Assembly (NCBI GenBank): GCA_965112735.1
Contig: OZ218961.1
Location: forward strand, 1,550,001-1,614,000
DNA length: 64,000 nucleotides
Direction of reading: 5' to 3'
Origin: Phaeosaccion multiseriatum
Lineage: Eukaryota; Protista; Ochrophyta, other classes
Below, in pieces: positions 62,159 through 64,000 of this stretch (positions are counted from its first letter, which is position 1; every line of letters starts with the position of its first letter). Both the position numbers and the translations under genes were made by a program. Under the pieces are notes generated by a model. It was not told where the DNA came from. It made no database searches and was given only the letters and a program-made list of their open reading frames with translations.

Positions 62159-63369
62159 ATCTGAGATCCCACTTGGCGCTGTTGTGGCAATGTCGTATCT
62201 GTGTTGGGCCTATGGTGCTGAGCCAATGCCTGGACTGGGCATGTTGTGACCAGCAAACGCGTCGTTCGGGCTGTGTGTGCCTACCAAATATGCCAAATGC
62301 CGGCTTTGGGCGTCTTTGCCGACAGATTGGGCCATTTGAGCCTATCTGAGATCCCACTTGGCGCTGTTGTGGCAATGTCGTATCTGTGTTGGGCCTATGG
62401 TGCTGAGCCAATGCCTGGACTGGGCATGTTGTGACCAGCAAACGCGTCGTTCGGGCTGTGTGTGCCCCCCAAATGCCGGCTTTGGGCGTCTTTGCCGACA
62501 GATTGGGCCATTTGAGCCTATCTGAGATCCCACTTGGCGCTGTTGTGGCAATGTCGTATCTGTGTTGGGCCTATGGTGCTGAGCCAATGCCTGGACTGGG
62601 CATGTTGTGACCAGCAAACGCGTCGTTCGGGCTGTGTGTGCCTACCAAATATGCCAAATGCCGGCTTTGGGCGTCTTTGCCGACAGATTGGGCCATTTGA
62701 GCCTATCTGACATCCCACTTGGCGCTGTTGTGGCAATGTCGTATCTGTGTTGGGCCTATGGTGCTGAGCCAATGCCTGGACTGGGCATGTTGTGACCAGC
62801 AAACGCGTCGTTCGGGCTGTGTGTGCCTACCAAATATGCCAAATGCCGGCTTTGGGCGTCTTTGCCGACAGATTGGGCCATTTGAGCCTATCTGAGATCC
62901 CACTTGGCGCTGTTGTGGCAATGTCGTATCTGTGTTGGGCCGGCCACTACTGTAAAAGAGGAGGCGACGCGAGTACGGCGTCGCAAGAGTTGTAGCAAGT
63001 GCCGAAGAGCTCAGCGCGGTGAGAAGGACAGCGAAGGGGCGGAGCAGCCCAGCAGTCCACCGCGCGAAGGAGACGGCAGCGACAGCAAAAGTTTCCGGGG
63101 GACGCCGCTCTACGAGAAGGGGATCCGGGACTTTCTACGAGGCGTATCTTTTCAGATCAGCCGTATTTTGTGGTCTGGAGAGGAGGCACCGCAAGTTCAG
63201 CGTTGAGAGTCGTCACAAGTATTTCAGTGCTCAGCACGGTAAGGGCAGCATGGGGCAGCCCAGCAGTCACGAGCATGCGGGCGGTGGTTCGAGTGTCGAA
63301 GGCAATTGCCACTCTAGGTGGGGTTTTCACCGCCCACACATGGACCAAGACGACGATGGGGGATAGAGA

Positions 63370-64000
63370 GTACAGCAGAAGGCAGCGCCGCATCAGCGGG
63401 CTGCGATGCGACGTGCAGTACGACAGATGATGGGAGTGGCGTAGCAGCTCCAAGTACAGCAGCAGAAGGCAGCGCCGCAGCAGCGGGCTGCGATGCGACG
63501 TGCAGTACGACAGATGATGGGAGTGGCGCAGCAGCTCCAAGTACAGCAGCAGAAGGCAGCGCCGCAGCAGCGGGCTGAGATGCGACGTGCAGTACGACGA
63601 TGATGGAGGTGGCGCAGCAGCTCCAAGTACAGCAGCAGAAGGCAGCGCCGCAGCAGCGGGCTGCGATGCGACGTGCAGTACGACAGATGATGGGAGTGGC
63701 GCAGCAGCTCCAAGTACAGCAGCAGAAGGCAGCGCCGCAGCAGCGGGCTGCGATGCGACGTGCAGTACGACAGATGATGGGAGTGGCGCAGCAGCTCCAA
63801 GTACAGCAGCAGAAGGCAGCGCCGCAGCAGCGGGCTGCGATGCGACGTGCAGTACGACAGATGATGGGAGTGGCGCAGCAGCTCCAAGTACAGCAGCAGA
63901 AGGCAGCGCCGCAGCAGCGGGCTGCGATGCGACGTGCAGTACGACAGATGATGGGAGTGGCGCAGCAGCTCCAAGTACAGCAGCAGAAGGCAGCGCCGCA
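63370..64000. repeat. 87-bp tandem repeat (about 7 copies, runs off the window end)
   Basis: gtacagcagcagaaggcagcgccgcagcagcgggctgcgatgcgacgtgcagtacgacagatgatgggagtggcgcagcagctccaa repeated. Confidence 0.95.

Larger units (their letters stand above)
58886..62941. repeat. 176/185-bp satellite array continued (58886-59134 and 62159-62941, split by element D2)
   Basis: Same monomer and orientation as 43717-47212. Confidence 0.95.

Overview
Eukaryotic nuclear DNA, most likely from a photosynthetic stramenopile (ochrophyte). Evidence: spliceosomal introns, a signal peptide with an AF-type plastid-targeting motif, and an enolase with a mitochondrial presequence. The species cannot be identified from sequence alone. 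Positions 1-14.5 kb are gene-dense: TPR protein, enolase, D27-like isomerase, small membrane protein, ankyrin protein, GRAB-domain golgin, thioredoxin-domain protein and a stand-alone PolI-type 5'-3' exonuclease. From ~16.5 kb to the end there are no host genes. Instead there is a nest of Ty3/Gypsy (chromovirus-like) LTR retrotransposons and non-autonomous derivatives (my labels A, B, D, E, F, G, T, P; C is a relic). All resolvable TSDs are 4 bp. The elements are inserted into each other and into a 176/185-bp satellite with a 537-bp higher-order repeat, which looks (peri)centromeric. Main findings: (1) three LTR families (B, E, F) have no tRNA primer-binding site; in its place is a perfect 14-nt palindrome AATAA-N4-TTATT with a covarying self-complementary core (AGCT/CTAG/TCGA), suggesting tRNA-independent, dimer-mediated priming. 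(2) Families A and P (and partly T) show Tf1-like self-priming complementarity. (3) Element A carries a WRN/Mut-7-like DEDDy 3'-5' exonuclease between RNase H and integrase, and a UGA-CGG plus hairpin gag-pol readthrough signal. (4) A 5.3-kb head-to-head LTR dimer is flanked by a single TSD. All coordinates were read by eye; no database searches were run.
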